This document shows positions 35,965 through 49,745 of a DNA stretch of 64,000 nucleotides, in pieces. Numbering within the stretch: position 1 is the stretch's first letter; every line of letters starts with the position of its first letter. The notes beneath the pieces were generated by a model. It was not told the DNA's origin, did not search any database, and saw nothing but the letters and a program-made list of their open reading frames with translations. The translations under genes and the position numbers were made by a program. Origin of the DNA: Octopus vulgaris. Its lineage: Eukaryota. Location: positions 44,020,001-44,084,000 of the forward strand of contig OX597824.1 in the NCBI GenBank assembly GCA_951406725.2, given 5' to 3'.

Positions 35965-37399
35965 CTGCAATTTAAAATTCATTATTATTATTATTATTAT
36001 AATTATAAATGATAATGACTTTTCTTTATTGGCCATACGGGCATCAGATAAAGGGGAGATCACAAAGATATGTTATATAGAGTGTAGGGATTTACTCAAA
36101 AACTGAATGAGAAAAGAAAAAATCAAATGAAATATTTAAAAAAAAATCCTGCTCAATACAACTTTACAACTCAGTAATGCCTGGTAGTATACAAATGTTT
36201 GGGTTTGTTACTAGTCTTCTATAGAATGCAAGCATGGAACTTTCACTGTTATTGTTTGGCTGATAAAATGCAGTGAGCACCTGACAACATTCAAAATCTT
36301 GGTCTTTGTCTGACCCACGATTGTAGCTCCATGAAAGAGATGAATCACAGAAAGATGATTCTCATGAATGGCGACTACATACACTCACTATCTATACATT
36401 TCTGCAGCTGGGACAACTTGAGTATGCCTGTGCATTAGCAGCTACAGCATACTTAGCCTGCCATGCAGAGGGTGCTAGTACTAGTTACCACAATCCAATC
36501 AGGTGTTAACTGGGACAAGGCACTATAGTCAGGCAGTGACCAATAATGGAGACAATGTGTTTGTCAGATATACCCAACTTCTCAGGGACAGTTTCCCCTC
36601 AGCTCATTTCTGAGTAAGACTGAAGACCTGCTCATTGCCTCATCTTAGTTACAGCCCAGTTAGTGATTGAAATTGAGCTATATCTAGAGCAGTTTAACTG
36701 GTGTGATGGTCTAGTGCCACACAACTGTCCACCAGCATGGACTTGCCTCTCCAGGTACCAAGCTGCAAGCCTATTGACTGGTTTGAGTTGGTAATAAATT
36801 ATAATTATTCTATTTTTTTTCTTTTTCCTGCAGTTGTGAGTGTCTAAGTGATGTCTTACCTAAATGAAAATATTGTAAAATGCTATTAATATGTAATAAG
36901 GAAGGTTAAAGTTGCAAGTCCAAATAAGATTATTTCTGGCCTCAAAAACATATATCTTAAAAATTTTATTTTTAAGATATAATTTTTATGTTATTTCAAA
37001 TCAAACAAATCTATTCACAAGAAAGCTATTCTAAATGGGCAAAAATACTGAACATTTTTAACAAATGAGATTTTGTACACCAAAAAAAGAAATTATCTCA
37101 AAAATGTTATGGAAGGCAACAAAAACATGTAAAAGTTTCAAAAATAGTCATTTAATAAAAAAGAAAAAACCTTAAATAATAGCCAATAATGATGAACAAC
37201 TGATTTACAGCAAGCATATTTAAATTAATATGAAAGTGCATAGTGAAACTTGTAGCATACAAAAATGTAACATTAGTAAACTAAAACGATCAGAGTAATG
37301 GATTCTCTTGACTAAAATATGAGTGAGAACAAGAAAAACAATGAATTTGCATGAAAAATACAATAGATGGCTGCAACTAGAAAGTTAAACCACAGATTG

Positions 37400-38700
37400 G
37401 TTCTCAGCTTGTCAGGAGCTAACCTTTTTCCATTTTTGTACTCGTGATTTTGCTACTCATTGTACTTAGATGAAAGATAACAATGAAATTACTTCTGAAG
37501 ATAACTCTGAAATTCATCTGCAGGTAAGTATGAAAGCTGGCATTATCTATCCCAGACAGGTGACTATAGTGGCATGGATATGAAATGCAAATGGGTTTTA
37601 CAAAGTAGGTACCCCCAGTCCAACATGAGGTAGTGAAGAGGAACTCCATTAGCAAATACAGCCTTAACTGCATCACAAAGACTGGCCTTCCAATTTAGAG
37701 CCAGAAAACACTTCACCTTCCCAACAACTATTTATCTTCTACAAAGCTCAGGTGAGACCCACAATGGAGTACTGTATCCACACCTGGTGGTATAAGAACT
37801 CCAAATCCAAAGCACATAAGTAATTTAGAATCAGTAGAAAAGGCAGAGAGGAGACAGCATTAGATTGTTAACATCGGCCAAGATAGGCTTTTCCCTGGAT
37901 GTGGTCAAAAGCAGGCAGGTAGGTAGGTAGGTGTGTGTATGCATGTGGGAGGAGTGCATGTCAACATCACCATTCCAGATCAAGTACTCCTGTTTGGGTT
38001 TCATCTGAGCATTGCAAAGCATTAGCAGTAATTGTTGTTGCTCCTGGGGTTGCGGTTGAAGGAGATTCTAATTCTGAAGAGAAAGGCTAGTCTTCGAGGC
38101 AAAATATTTTATTTTTAAGGGTGTGTGCGCGCACCAAGAGACATCACCAGTGAAGCTTAGCATTAAGGCATCTAGTTGCATGCTACATGTGTGTGTGTGT
38201 GTGAGAGAGGGGGGTTCTTATGTGCAGTGACTGAAGGAGGCATGATTGGTATGACATCCCTTGGAAGGGTTTTTTTGATATCTCTGTTCATATAATCAGA
38301 GCAGGTTTCGTGTGAGGTGTCTAGGTTGCATGTGGATAATTTTGGGAATATGAGGTTAAGGAGGAATGAAGGGTAGTCTGCATAAGTGTGAGTGGTGTTA
38401 AGGCAACAGCAGGTAGGTGGTTGATGTATAAGAGAGGGCATGTGATACAAAACTGAAGCCTGGGGCACACTACAGTGTATCATTTGGATATCCCATCAGC
38501 ATATGCTGTGATAGTGTATTGTGACAAGAATCCACCATTGCAAGAGACAAAAAAGAAAAAAGAGAGAGAGAGACAGGAGATATAGGTAACAACACTGGTT
38601 TTACTAAATTTCCAGAGGACAAGAACCCACTTAACACATTCTTGACCGGTCATGAGTGAACTCATGGTATCATGCCCAAACATTTTTGGTATCTAGGAAA
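37400..38700. mobile_element. Jumbled, decayed Jockey/L2-like LINE RT fragments in both orientations
   Basis: Plus strand FYKAQVRPTMEYCIHTW (about 37735-37790). Minus strand SVPQASVL...HTYADY and LCNAQMKPKQEYLIWNG. Confidence 0.6.
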
Positions 38701-39286
38701 GGTAATTGATATCAGTACATTACTAGGAGCCTCATCTACATGCTTGCAACAGAATGAAATTTGCAAAAAGCACCTGTGGCTCAGGTGATAGCATTAAATC
38801 AGATGGCATATATCAACCAAACACACAAAAAAAAAAGAAAGACTATGCCACACACAACAGTATTCCAGGGGATAGTGACAGTCAAACAAAGAGTACACAT
38901 ATATTTATATCTATATATGCATTTACTCCCAATATATGGAATTGCTGCTTTAAAGTCATATAGTTACACACTAATACATGCATACACACACATACAATCT
39001 TCTGAACACCACTTCATGTACTAGTGACAATAACAAAAAAAAATCAAAAAAAAAAAACCCCAGCAGTAGAGAAACTAATGCCAAAAGTGCTCAAACAGGA
39101 TACTGAAGATTACAATATTGAAACAACAAAGAAGTAGACAGAAAGAGAAAGGATGAAAGGGAAAATAAATATATTTCAGTCTTTAACCTTCCTTACTAGT
39201 TTGTTTTTAAAGAATCAGATCAATAACAAAGTGTAAACATAAATTCAAAATATGAATTAAGTTCAACATAGAGAGAAAAAACAAAC

Positions 39287-39462
39287 CTTGGGAGACTCCA
39301 GAGGCATGTTACCACCAGAAGGGGTCTTCATTCGAGAACTCAATGTACTTTCTTTTGTAGTAGTATTAGTATTAGTATCTATTGTGTTTTGCCTTCTTGT
39401 TGCATGAGAACTCGAAGACTGCGACTGTGAAGATGATGTAGCACTACCAGGTCCAGCAGGCC
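39287..39462 (-). CDS. MARK: MARK/PAR-1 internal exon (Ser/Thr-rich spacer)
   Basis: attgcag|GGCCT...CCCAAG|gtttgt, 176 nt, phase 1-0. PAGPGSATSSSQSQSSSSHATRRQNTIDTNTNTTTKESTLSSRMKTPSGGNMPLESPK. Confidence 0.88.
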
Positions 39463-39674
39463 CTGCAATAATTGGGAGGAAAGAAAATAATGTCTATCAT
39501 ACAGAGAAATGTATTTTTCGTTACACATTTTTTAAATGAAAACTTTTGATAAAAAGGCAACAGTTCACAAAACATTTTCAATAGAAAGGCAAGATGAAAT
39601 CTTTCTTGTAATAACTTTTTTTTAATAGGAAATAACTTTTGAGAATTGCAAAATCCCCACCCTCTACCATTTTA

Positions 39675-39906
<232 letters not shown>

Positions 39907-40005
39907 TCATCATCATCATCATCGTTTAACGTCCGTTTTCCGCGCTAGCACGGGTTGGACGGTTTGACCGGGGTCTGGGGAGCCAGGGGCTGCCCCAGGC
40001 TCCAG

Positions 40006-40010
<5 letters not shown>
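39907..40010 (-). mobile_element. Oppositely oriented 3' tail of the same SINE family
   Basis: (tca)n-gtttaacgtccgttttccgcgctagcacgggttggacggtttgaccggggtctggggagcc is an imperfect reverse complement of 40500-40606. Confidence 0.8.
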
Positions 40011-40052
<42 letters not shown>

Positions 40053-40054
40053 GG

Positions 40055-40606
40055 CACGTAACAATCACCATCCAATCGTGGCCGATCGCCAGCCTAATCT
40101 GGCTCCTGTGTCGGTGGCACATAAAAAACACCATCCGAGCGTGGTCGTCTGCTAGCCTTGTCTGGCACCTGTGTCGGTGGCACATAAAAACACCATCCGA
40201 GCGTGGCCGTTCGCCAGCCTCGTCTGGCACCTGTGTCGGTGGCACATAAAAACACCATCCGAGCGTGGTCGTCTGCTAGCCCTGTCTGGCACCTGTGTCG
40301 GTGGCACATAAAAACACCATCCGAGCGTGGCCATTCGCCAGCTTCGTCTGGCACCTGTGTCGGTGGCACATAAAAACACCATCCGAGCGTGGCCGTTCGC
40401 CAGCCTCGTCTGGCACCTGTGTCGGTGGCACATAAAATCACCCACTACACTCTCGGAGTGGTTGGCGTTAGGAAGGGCATCCAGCTGTAGAAACACTGCC
40501 AGATCTGACTGGCCTGGTGCAGCCTTCGGGCTCCCCAGACCCCAGTTGAACCGTCCAACCCATGCTAGCATGGAAAGCAGACGTTAAATGATGATGATGA
40601 TGATGA
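40055..40606 (+). mobile_element. Young CpG-rich SINE-like element with an internal 62-bp tandem array and (TGA)n tail
   Basis: Six 62-bp units (cacataaaaacaccatccgagcgtgg...gcacctgtgtcggtgg), then ggaagggcatccagctgtagaaa...gcatggaaagcagacgttaaa(tga)n. The 3' motif is shared with decayed copies at about 9770 and 41980. Confidence 0.8.
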
Positions 40607-41674
40607 TATATATGTATAAAACAGAATGAGAAAATTAATAGTGTTAATAAAGGGAGGGGAGCAAGGATGGACAAATGCAATGATTATATTTAACTTTTTC
40701 GATATTACCAGCCCCTAGTTTTATAATACAAACTCAATATTTAAAGTGATCCGAATCAACATTTCCATCAAATTTTCATATTAATTTATGTCCTAACACT
40801 AGCTTAATAATAATGTTAAAGTCATTTTATTAAATTTTTCATTTTCAAATGTAATTGAATTAAAGGCAGTGTATGGTAGCTAATGGATTAAACAGCATTG
40901 ACAAGAAACAGTTTCTTATTAGGGAGACACGAGAAACAATAGTCATTCCTAATCCCCAAATTTTTCTAGATTCTTATGGAACTTATGGTAAAGGAAATTT
41001 AGTTCTTTATTTTTTGGAGCTAATGAACAATGCAATGATGAAGCAGTTCTCCTGTGGTTCCTTCACTCTTAGCATCTTATCTTGATATAAATTCATGGTT
41101 CATTAACTCCACAATGACCTTAATGATGACTTTCATCAGGTATCTACCAATTGTGTGACAGGGCTATACTTGAAATTTTAAAATTAATACTAGTAATGGT
41201 AATGACAATAAAAAGATTACAAATGTCTGTTAGACATGCAGAACTACATTCTCATAATTTCAACCACTTCAAATAATCGCACTATGCTCCTTATTGAAGC
41301 ATGTAACTCTTATCTTCAGTTGCTTGAAAAATAAAACCGGTTTTCTTCCCAACATTTTGACAAGAAGCACATTCAACTGTGAAAACATTGAAGATGGGTG
41401 GGATGAGGGTATGGGGTCATCATTCAAGCTAAAAGGGCTTTAAAGAAAAAATATTCAAGAAGACTAAGATATTTCAACAACAATAACTTCACTTTATATT
41501 AATAACCCTCCTTAAATCTTTTTGAAAATTAAATGTGCTTACATGATTTTATTGAGATTTTTTTTAAGGTGGCGAGCTGGCAAACTTGCTAGTGTCAGAA
41601 AAATGCTTTATGACATTTCTTCATCCAGAGTTCCCACCAAGGTCAACTTTGCCTTTCACTCTGGGCACATTCCG

Positions 41675-42052
41675 TAGCTATGCAGTCAAGAAGTTTCCCA
41701 ACCACATGGCATTTTGTTCAGTCCTACTATGTGGAATTTTGGGTAACATCTTTTACTATAACCTAAGCTGCCCAAAACCTTGTAAACAAATCTGGTAGAT
41801 GAGAACTGAAAGAAGCCTGTTTTGTGTATATGTGTGTGCTCTGCATGCATGCAGGGGTGTGTACCTCTGTCTTGACAACATGTGATAGTTATAAATGAGC
41901 TTCAACCTTAAACAAGCAGTGTTCTTCATTTCTAAACTTCCATGGAAACATGTCTGGCCATGGGAAAATATAACAGGAAGGGCATCTAACTAGAAAATCT
42001 ACCTCAATGAACCATATGAGAAAGGAAATATGTATGTTAAGATAATGATGAT
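41675..42052 (+). mobile_element. Decayed SINE copy
   Basis: Head with gttcagtcctact, then gaactgaaagaagcc, acatgtctggccatggg, aggaagggcatc and a (tga)-like tail. Confidence 0.65.
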
Positions 42053-43156
42053 AATTTTTAGTTTGTCAAACCTCAAACCAATTCATAAAACCTGTTGTTA
42101 GTATATACATATAATGAACTACATCTGACTTGATTTTGAAATTTTTTCATCTTAGTTTAGAAGTATCATTATTTTCTCATGACTTCTTAACTTGTTCCTA
42201 TAATGTATAAAATAACTCAGAAGAAATAATGAAAATTAAGCAGGGAATAAGCTATGACCATCACTTGCAACTGAGTATGACTTAGCTGTATGAACAATAA
42301 TACTTTTGCTGTTTAAAGGGGCCATGTGGTTGCGAACACACATAGATACCCTTTTGATCTCCCCAGATGTGAAAGCTAGAGGAAGAGGAGGCTGCATCAT
42401 CACTGGTGTGGTGCTATGCTTATTAACTCCCAAATGGATAAAGGCAAAGTTGACTCTGGTGGGATCTGGATTCAGAGTATAGAGACAGAGCAAAATTTGC
42501 AAAACATTGTCTCTAATGCACAAATAACATCTCTGCAAATTTACTTTGACGATTTAGAAATTTACCACATGTTAAGAAAAATAAACAATAAATAAAATAA
42601 TTAGAATTACTTGATGAAAAACTAATTATAGAAGTATGACAGAATTATAGTAGTATTAACATCAATAAAAACTTCCAATAAGCGGTCTAAAAATGCAAGA
42701 ATTATATATATATATATATATATGAATGAATGAATGAATGAATGAATGAAACAGGTGATATGAATCACATGGGAAACATTTGATAATGGGTACAGGAATG
42801 GCTATATGATTAAGGAGCTTGTTTCACAACCACACAATTACAGATTTGATTCTACTGTACAGCTTTCAACAGATATCATACTATAGTCTTGGATTGACCA
42901 AGATTTTATAAGTGGAATTTAGCAGACAGAGGCTGTGGAAGCCTGCATTATTTATGTGTGTATCTTTTGCCATTTTAAACAAGAAAATGGTGCTTTATGA
43001 ATCAAGACCCTTGCATTAAGTTAGACACTCCTTTCTCACTCCTGCTGCCAGGAAAATGAATGAAAATATAAAAAGTTGATGTAATCAGCAATTTTTGTGG
43101 TATGTTAAAAAAAAATAAAACTGTGATTAAAAAAAAATTTCAAACAATCTACTCAC

Positions 43157-43325
43157 CTCCATGGCTGTAACGCCGAGGAGGTTTCTGATTAGTGGCAGAA
43201 AGACTCCTTGTAACACGATTGGGTGACTGATTTGTATTAGCATTAGTTTCAGTTGTTGGTCGGTTCGTAGTCATCGGCAAGTGCCGAAGAGATTGGTTGC
43301 TACCAGATCGGTCACTGCCTTCCAA
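43157..43325 (-). CDS. MARK: MARK/PAR-1 internal exon after the UBA domain
   Basis: attttag|TTGGAA...CATGGAG|gtgagt, 169 nt, phase 0-1. LEGSDRSGSNQSLRHLPMTTNRPTTETNANTNQSPNRVTRSLSATNQKPPRRYSHG shows the MARK-like QSP..V.RS.S...RRYS pattern. Confidence 0.93.
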
Positions 43326-43640
43326 CTAAAATAAATAAGTAAAAATAAAATTTCAGTTATTAAAACAATAAGCTACATAAAATAAAATCTACTACTTCCA
43401 TCTACATGATAAATTAAAAATCACCCTATTAATATGAAAGTAGAAAAACAAAAGAAGGATGAAGACTGATGCTCAAGTAGGCAGATTTGATCATAGAAGA
43501 CTTAGTATTGACAATTGAGATAGCACAAGACCAAAAAGCATGAACAGCTGGTATACTGCAATCTCATGAAACTAATACTGAAATGGAAATAACTGGATCA
43601 GAATGCAGGCAGTAACGATGTTTAACAGTGATCAACTTAC

Positions 43641-43753
43641 ATCAGACGTTCTTCGTCCCAAAAGCAAATATGTTGCCATGATATCATCATATTTCTGCTG
43701 ACTCAAGGAGTTTTCAACATCTTTCAAGGTATAACCCATACTAGCCATAATAT
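43641..43753 (-). CDS. MARK: MARK/PAR-1 UBA-domain exon
   Basis: ttttcag|ATATT...TCTGAT|gtaagt, 113 nt, phase 1-0. IMASMGYTLKDVENSLSQQKYDDIMATYLLLGRRTSD is the canonical MARK UBA (MGY...KYD..MATYLLLG). Confidence 0.96.
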
Positions 43754-46700
43754 CTGAAAATAATTAAAATAATATTACATTTTTTCATTGTCAAATCACT
43801 GAAATATTTTAAAGTTAAAAATGAATCAAATATTTCATAATAAGAATTTACTTATTCAGAATTATTAACCATCCTTACTCTTAATTTCAATCTACTATGG
43901 AGAAGAAAAGAAGAGTGGGGAGGCTGTAAGAATTTCATAGCTATATAAATATTTGATAATTTGTAAAAACAAATTTAAGTTAAATTTTAAATTATATAAA
44001 TCAAAGCAAAAGATAAAAGCTTATAAAATATATTCTTACTACTTTAAACACAAAAATATTTTGTTATTGATTTTATAAGTAAAGCCTAAAATGTTAGTTG
44101 GAATTTAAAAAAAAAAGCTTGTAAACCTTATTAGAATACACATAAAGAATTCCTACAATTAAACAGTTAGAAAATGGTCTAAGTTTAATCCAGAAGTAAG
44201 CCAAACAGTACAATGCAATAATACAAGAGTTTTTTTCTGTTCAACTTTTACATAACATCATCAAGTTTAGTTTATAAAATTAATCAAATCCTCAGTTGTA
44301 TTTGAGGTTTTATAGATATATATGCTCCAGATTTAAAATGATAGCTTGCAATCAATTTGCTAAGCACTTCCCGTCACACTATAGTGTCCATCACACACAC
44401 ACACACCCATGCACACACATAATAAATGGAGTTTTCACTGTATGTGAGAAGGGAAACTTGAGTCATATTTTTCTTTTATTAATTAAGAATTGATAGGACA
44501 AAATGAAGTGAAAACTTTAAAATATTGAAATAATAAGCTAAAATTAGCACAACATTCTCATGATAATAAAAAGCTCAACATCAGCATCTGAAGTGAGTAT
44601 TCAATTACAAAATCAGTTTAAGAGTTTAGTTTCTACCCCCCACCCCAAATATTATTCAAAAGTGAGGGCTGTCAATAGCAGCAATGACAGAGTGCTGCAT
44701 AAAATATTTAGTTAGGTTCTAGATACCAATTTTTGAAATGAATAATGGTCAAAAAGAATAAGAAGTGCTCAATACTTAAAAGACATCATTCAAATATTTA
44801 AAATTGATTATGGAAAACAACATGGAAAGAATCGAAGGTAGATCTGAAATAAATCAACGAGTGCAGTTAGGTTGATAAAAGATGCAAAATCAGACTAAAG
44901 GAAACAAAAAAACATCATGACAAGATTCATAAACTGAAGGAGAGGGGGAAAAGTAAGAGCAGTAAGCTATTTCATCCAATTTCACAATGAAAATATGCGC
45001 ATACAATTTTATTAACATGACATGTGCCATCACACACACACATGTACAGAGATAGTGTGGTGATGAGAGAAAGCATGTGTAGTGCCAAAAGAACATGCCA
45101 TTCACTTGTCAAATTTCACAATTGTATGTGACTATGCTATTAAAATGACTACATATTTAAAAAAAAGTTCTCAATGTTTTGATATGGGTTTGACAAAGGC
45201 CATTCAGTTAATGAGATAAATATATATATATATATATATTACAGTCATGATATAAACTTGTGCTTAGTAAAAGTGTATGTAGAATAAGTGAGAAAACACT
45301 TTCCACCAAATGGTATGACATACACAAATAAAAAATACCAACAAAACAAAAGAAAAAATAGAAAAGAAAAGGTTGCACAAATGCACAGTTTTTTTTCTCT
45401 CATGGATATATAAGTATGCATAAGTGAATTTTCATAGAGATACAAGTAAAATAGATATTTTCTGTAACACAGAACAAAAACTGTTTTCTGTACTATATGT
45501 TATTTGCTCTGTGTGTGTGGAAATATCATCTAAAATAAACAAAGTTTTTACATAGCTAATGTGAAGCTTCTTGTATTTAGACAGCAAATTTACATTTGCA
45601 CAGAAAATCATTAATTATTAAACTGAAGTTAATGATAATAAAATATCAGCAAATCTGAAATCCTCTGCCCCACCCCACTAATGTATGTAAACCAATTGAT
45701 TCTATTCCAGAATTGTCAAATGTGCAAAACTTTCCACACATTATTCTTGTAAGTTGAGCAAAACAAGATTTCATTCATTCACACTAAGACACAGAGATGG
45801 TGGAGGCAGGGTGTAACATTTAATATTTCATAAAGAATGAAGTTTTTCGGTTACTTCATTAAGTAAAAATGAAAAATACTAAACAAGTAAAATGCAATAA
45901 AAGAGCATGTAGAAAAAAATTAAAATGGAAATGTAAGCAAATAATAAATGTATGTATGTTACAGTGCTATACATTTAAAATGATAGTAATCAAGTAGACT
46001 GTGATGGAACAAGTATGAACAGCTGTTCTAAGGGAGTGAATTCTATGTCGAACTATATACCTGTATCTGCAAGTGAAAAGCATGTATGTGATAAAAAGAC
46101 TGGTTGTTGGTGAGAAGTCAGGGGCAAGATGAATTAATACAATAATCATTATATTTAGATTTTTTTGCAAACAACTTGCAGATGCAAGTGCAATGAGTTG
46201 AAAGCTTTGCATACTGGATGCTAGCAAGTTTATGGGGGTCATCAGGAGAGAACGTGTGCCATTTCAGGGCCTACCTCATGACAGCATCATCCCCACCCCA
46301 CCTCCGTTTGTAGTCACAAGAAACTATTAGCCCCCTTACTTGATCCTTCATTAATGTGTTTCAGAAGTAGGTTGAAAGAATAGATAAAATGAAAACTAAC
46401 ATACTGAAAACTAAAATGAAATGAGACATCCACAATAATCATTACATAGGTAATGTCTGACTAAAAATAATATTTCAGAGAAGATGGTTAAGATTTCTAG
46501 AGCTTCCAATAAACAGTAATATTAAATGAAAAGATTAACAAAAACAGACAGACTTATAAAAAGAAAATAAATTGAGTATCAAGAAATAAATGAATCCAGT
46601 GTCCAAGTAAACATTCACAAAATTTTCTCAATGTTTCCTCCAGACATATAAAGCTCTCACTGTAGAATTAAAAAGTCTGTCAACTGCCCAGAGAAGATGT

Positions 46701-48412
46701 AATTCTTACTCAAGATTTATGATAGCAATTATGTTCACAAAAGCCAAATATGTTCAATAAAAAATGATAGATGCTGCTAATGTAATCTTCTCCAACTGAC
46801 AAATGTTTTTTTGGTGTGTAGAAGATATTACATGGCATGTGAAGGACATTATAATAGTAAGCAGGAGAAAAGAGATCTATCTCAAAGTTAATATTATCCA
46901 AATTAGAGAAACTAATGATAAACTACTGATTAAAAATAGAGGAAGTTAACATTCTTTTGCACTGACTGAAAATAAATGAAAGCTAAATCATATTAATTTC
47001 AGTGACTCTTAACAAAACCAAGACATGGTTGTTTAAGATTTCAAAGACATAATTTAGTAAACATAAAATGAATTGAAATTAACTGGCATAGCAATTAAGG
47101 AACTCCTCATTGCTTGCAGTAAAACAAGCAAATGAATGACAGGTTAAAAATGGGAGTTGGGTTTTAAGTAAAGTTGAATGTTAACATAACTTGAAAAAGT
47201 ACAAAATATTGATCATACAAAAATTGGAGCTAAGAAGAATAAAAGAGATAATCAGATAAATCTTTAATCATTTAAGCCAAGTAGCAAAACTAAGTGTAAA
47301 AAAGGATTTTCCAACTGAAGACAAAAAAAATGCATAAGAAACTAATTAATACCACTAAATCAAACATTAGAAGGACATATTCTAAGTAATTTCTTACAAA
47401 TATGCAAACAAACTATAAGGAAATAGTGAAAACTTAACAAATTTTTTTAAAGATTCTTTGATAATGAGTTAGTCAAATAAGGGTTAGGGATGTGTACAAA
47501 TAGATTTTTTTTTTAATTTTAGAAGTTTCTGGTTCATTACAAGTGCTCTCCTTTCTAACATAAGTGATAATAGAAAAAAGTAAATGCTGACAATATTAAG
47601 TGAAAGTGTTACTTAGCAAAAAAGCAAACTAAAATTGTTGCCAAGTGTTGAATTCAATATCAATCAATCTTATATAAAACAACCACAGAAGTTGAATGTC
47701 AATGAAAGACTAATTAATTTAACTTTATATGCAACAGAACTTTTATTTTTCTTAAGATGCTAACTTCATTTAATTGTTGCACTGAACATTTAGCTGCGCT
47801 TGCAGTATTCATGTCACTGAAAGCTGAACTGTTGCCAAATCATATCTGTGAATGTAAACTATTTCTACCATTATTTGTTACAGACATCAAAGTCTACCTT
47901 AATCTTCATAACTCTATTAGGTGTTGTTTTTAGCACTCATAGTAATAGGGGTTAAATATATAACCTGGTTAGCATGTTGGACAACTGTAAATAACTAGTC
48001 AAAACTAAGTACTTCAAAGATATAATCAAAACCATAAGAAAAATTTGAAGTATTATTCTCTCACCAAAATAATTTCAATAATTTTATGTTTACAGAATTC
48101 ATTATTGATTTTGAAATGAAAATGAGAAAGTTTGAGTTAACAACATGTAAATATATTTGCAACTGAAGGTAATAGAACATTCACACTTTTCATTTGTAGG
48201 AAATTTGGCAGTTTATTGATTTACAGCATCACTCATTAAGCTGTGTGACCCACTCAATCCAAATTTGTTATTCATGCACTCACAAAATTATATAATAGAA
48301 TTTCCATATCAGTTTGAAAGAATAGTGTATGCAAAATATACCTAAACTTGTATACTAAACATAGAGAAAAAATATCTTTTATAACACTATTACTTTTAAT
48401 CCTTTAAAACTA

Positions 48413-49270
48413 TTAGTGGTACTGAAAAGTAATGCAGCATTTTCAACCGAAGATTCTAACATCATACTACAAATAGTTTACAGGCCAAAATAGTGCCTCT
48501 GCAATCAACCAATCAGCATAGAGTTAATGTGGATATGCACTGTGTGTACATACACTCTATCATATAGATCACATGGACTTTAGTGAGCTGCATATTTAGT
48601 ATTGCAGGTTTTACAAATTTTGTAAGGGTAACAATGCAACATCTGCAAGGGAAAACATATGTACTGTGTATTCTGATAGAGAGGGTTCAAAATGCCAAGG
48701 GTTGTTTAACAAATTCAAAAATGTCAATTTTGATCTTTCGGATGGGTATCAATCAAGAATGCCAACTGTTCTCAATGGCACAGTGAAAACAGCAACTGAA
48801 AAGGATGTGTATCTAAATATTGGGGATTCATCCTAAAGGCTAAATAAACTTTGGTTCACTGTACAAGGTCATCTCAGGCAGATTAAGAAAGTGTATAGCG
48901 AAGAGAAATGAGTACCTCATGAGCTCATGAATAAGAGTGCATTCAATAAGATAATCCAAGTAAAAAATTTGTTAGGCTGGTAAGTTCTACCTCAACAGAT
49001 TTAACACCATCAGATTTTCACTTATTTAGGTCACTTGAACACTTTATCAGTAGAAAAACATTCAGAAGTAGGGATGATGTTCAAATGGCACTCCAAACAT
49101 TTTTCTTTTCTAAAGAACAGCCTGAGAAATCAAAACTAGTTCCAAGGCGGGGAAAATGTTATTGCTAACATTGGTGATTGTATTTTGAATGACTAAATAT
49201 ATTTACAATATGTTTTATATTGATTTGAACTCATTACATAAAATGCAACATTACTTTTTAGTACCCCGAA
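48413..49270 (+). mobile_element. Internally deleted, decayed mariner (DD34D) element
   Basis: Imperfect TIRs ttagtggtactgaaaagtaatgcagcatttt / aaaatgcaacattactttttagtaccccgaa with a left TA. Remnants KFKNVNFDLSDG (N-terminal HTH) and STDLTPSDFHLFRSLEHFISRKTFRSRDDVQMAL (YSPDLAPSDFHLF motif). Confidence 0.85.
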
Positions 49271-49404
49271 CACTTTCCTGACAAAGTAGATTAAATGTTT
49301 AAAAAGTTTTTTTTTTTTTTTTTTTCTACTACTATTGGTAAATTTTTAAATAATTTACATATAAAAAATATAAGAAACACAGTAGTGAACTAATTTCAGC
49401 CTAA

Positions 49405-49745
49405 CAGAATTACTCAGAAGCAATTCAATTTCCAATCACATAGTTTTGAGTTTGGTCCTACTGTGTAGCACCTTGGGAAGAATCTTCTACTAAGCCCTAG
49501 GCCAACCAAAGTCTTATGAGTGGATCTGGAAAACAGAAACTGAAGCCAATCATCCAATCATGTGGGGAATGGGGGGTGCAGTTCCTTGTCTTGACTGTGA
49601 TAATTGTAAATAGGCATTATATAAGCAGTGTTCGTCATTTTCAATCTTTTGTTAGAACATGCCCAGCCAAGGGAAAATATTACTTCACTTGGAAACAGGT
49701 GAAGATTGGCAACAGTAAGGGCACACAGCCATGTAAGCATGAAAA
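49405..49745 (+). mobile_element. Decayed SINE copy
   Basis: ctactgtgtagcaccttggg...tcttctactaagccctaggccaaccaaagtcttatgagtggat...gaaactgaagcc...aacaggtgaagattggcaacagtaagggca; same family as 9715-10053. Confidence 0.65.

Noticed and set aside
35965-36063. N-terminal part of ORF 35782..36063 (poly-Ile)
   Set aside because: Intronic (AAT)n microsatellite read-through; the exon starts at 35964.
36200-36780. GC-richer block possibly coding
   Set aside because: No long ORF or compatible splice sites; probably a decayed retroelement, but the family could not be assigned.
40055-40440. Regular 62-bp periodic array resembling a CRISPR array
   Set aside because: The whole unit repeats with no unique spacers, there are no cas genes, the context is eukaryotic and intronic, and it is embedded in a SINE-like element.
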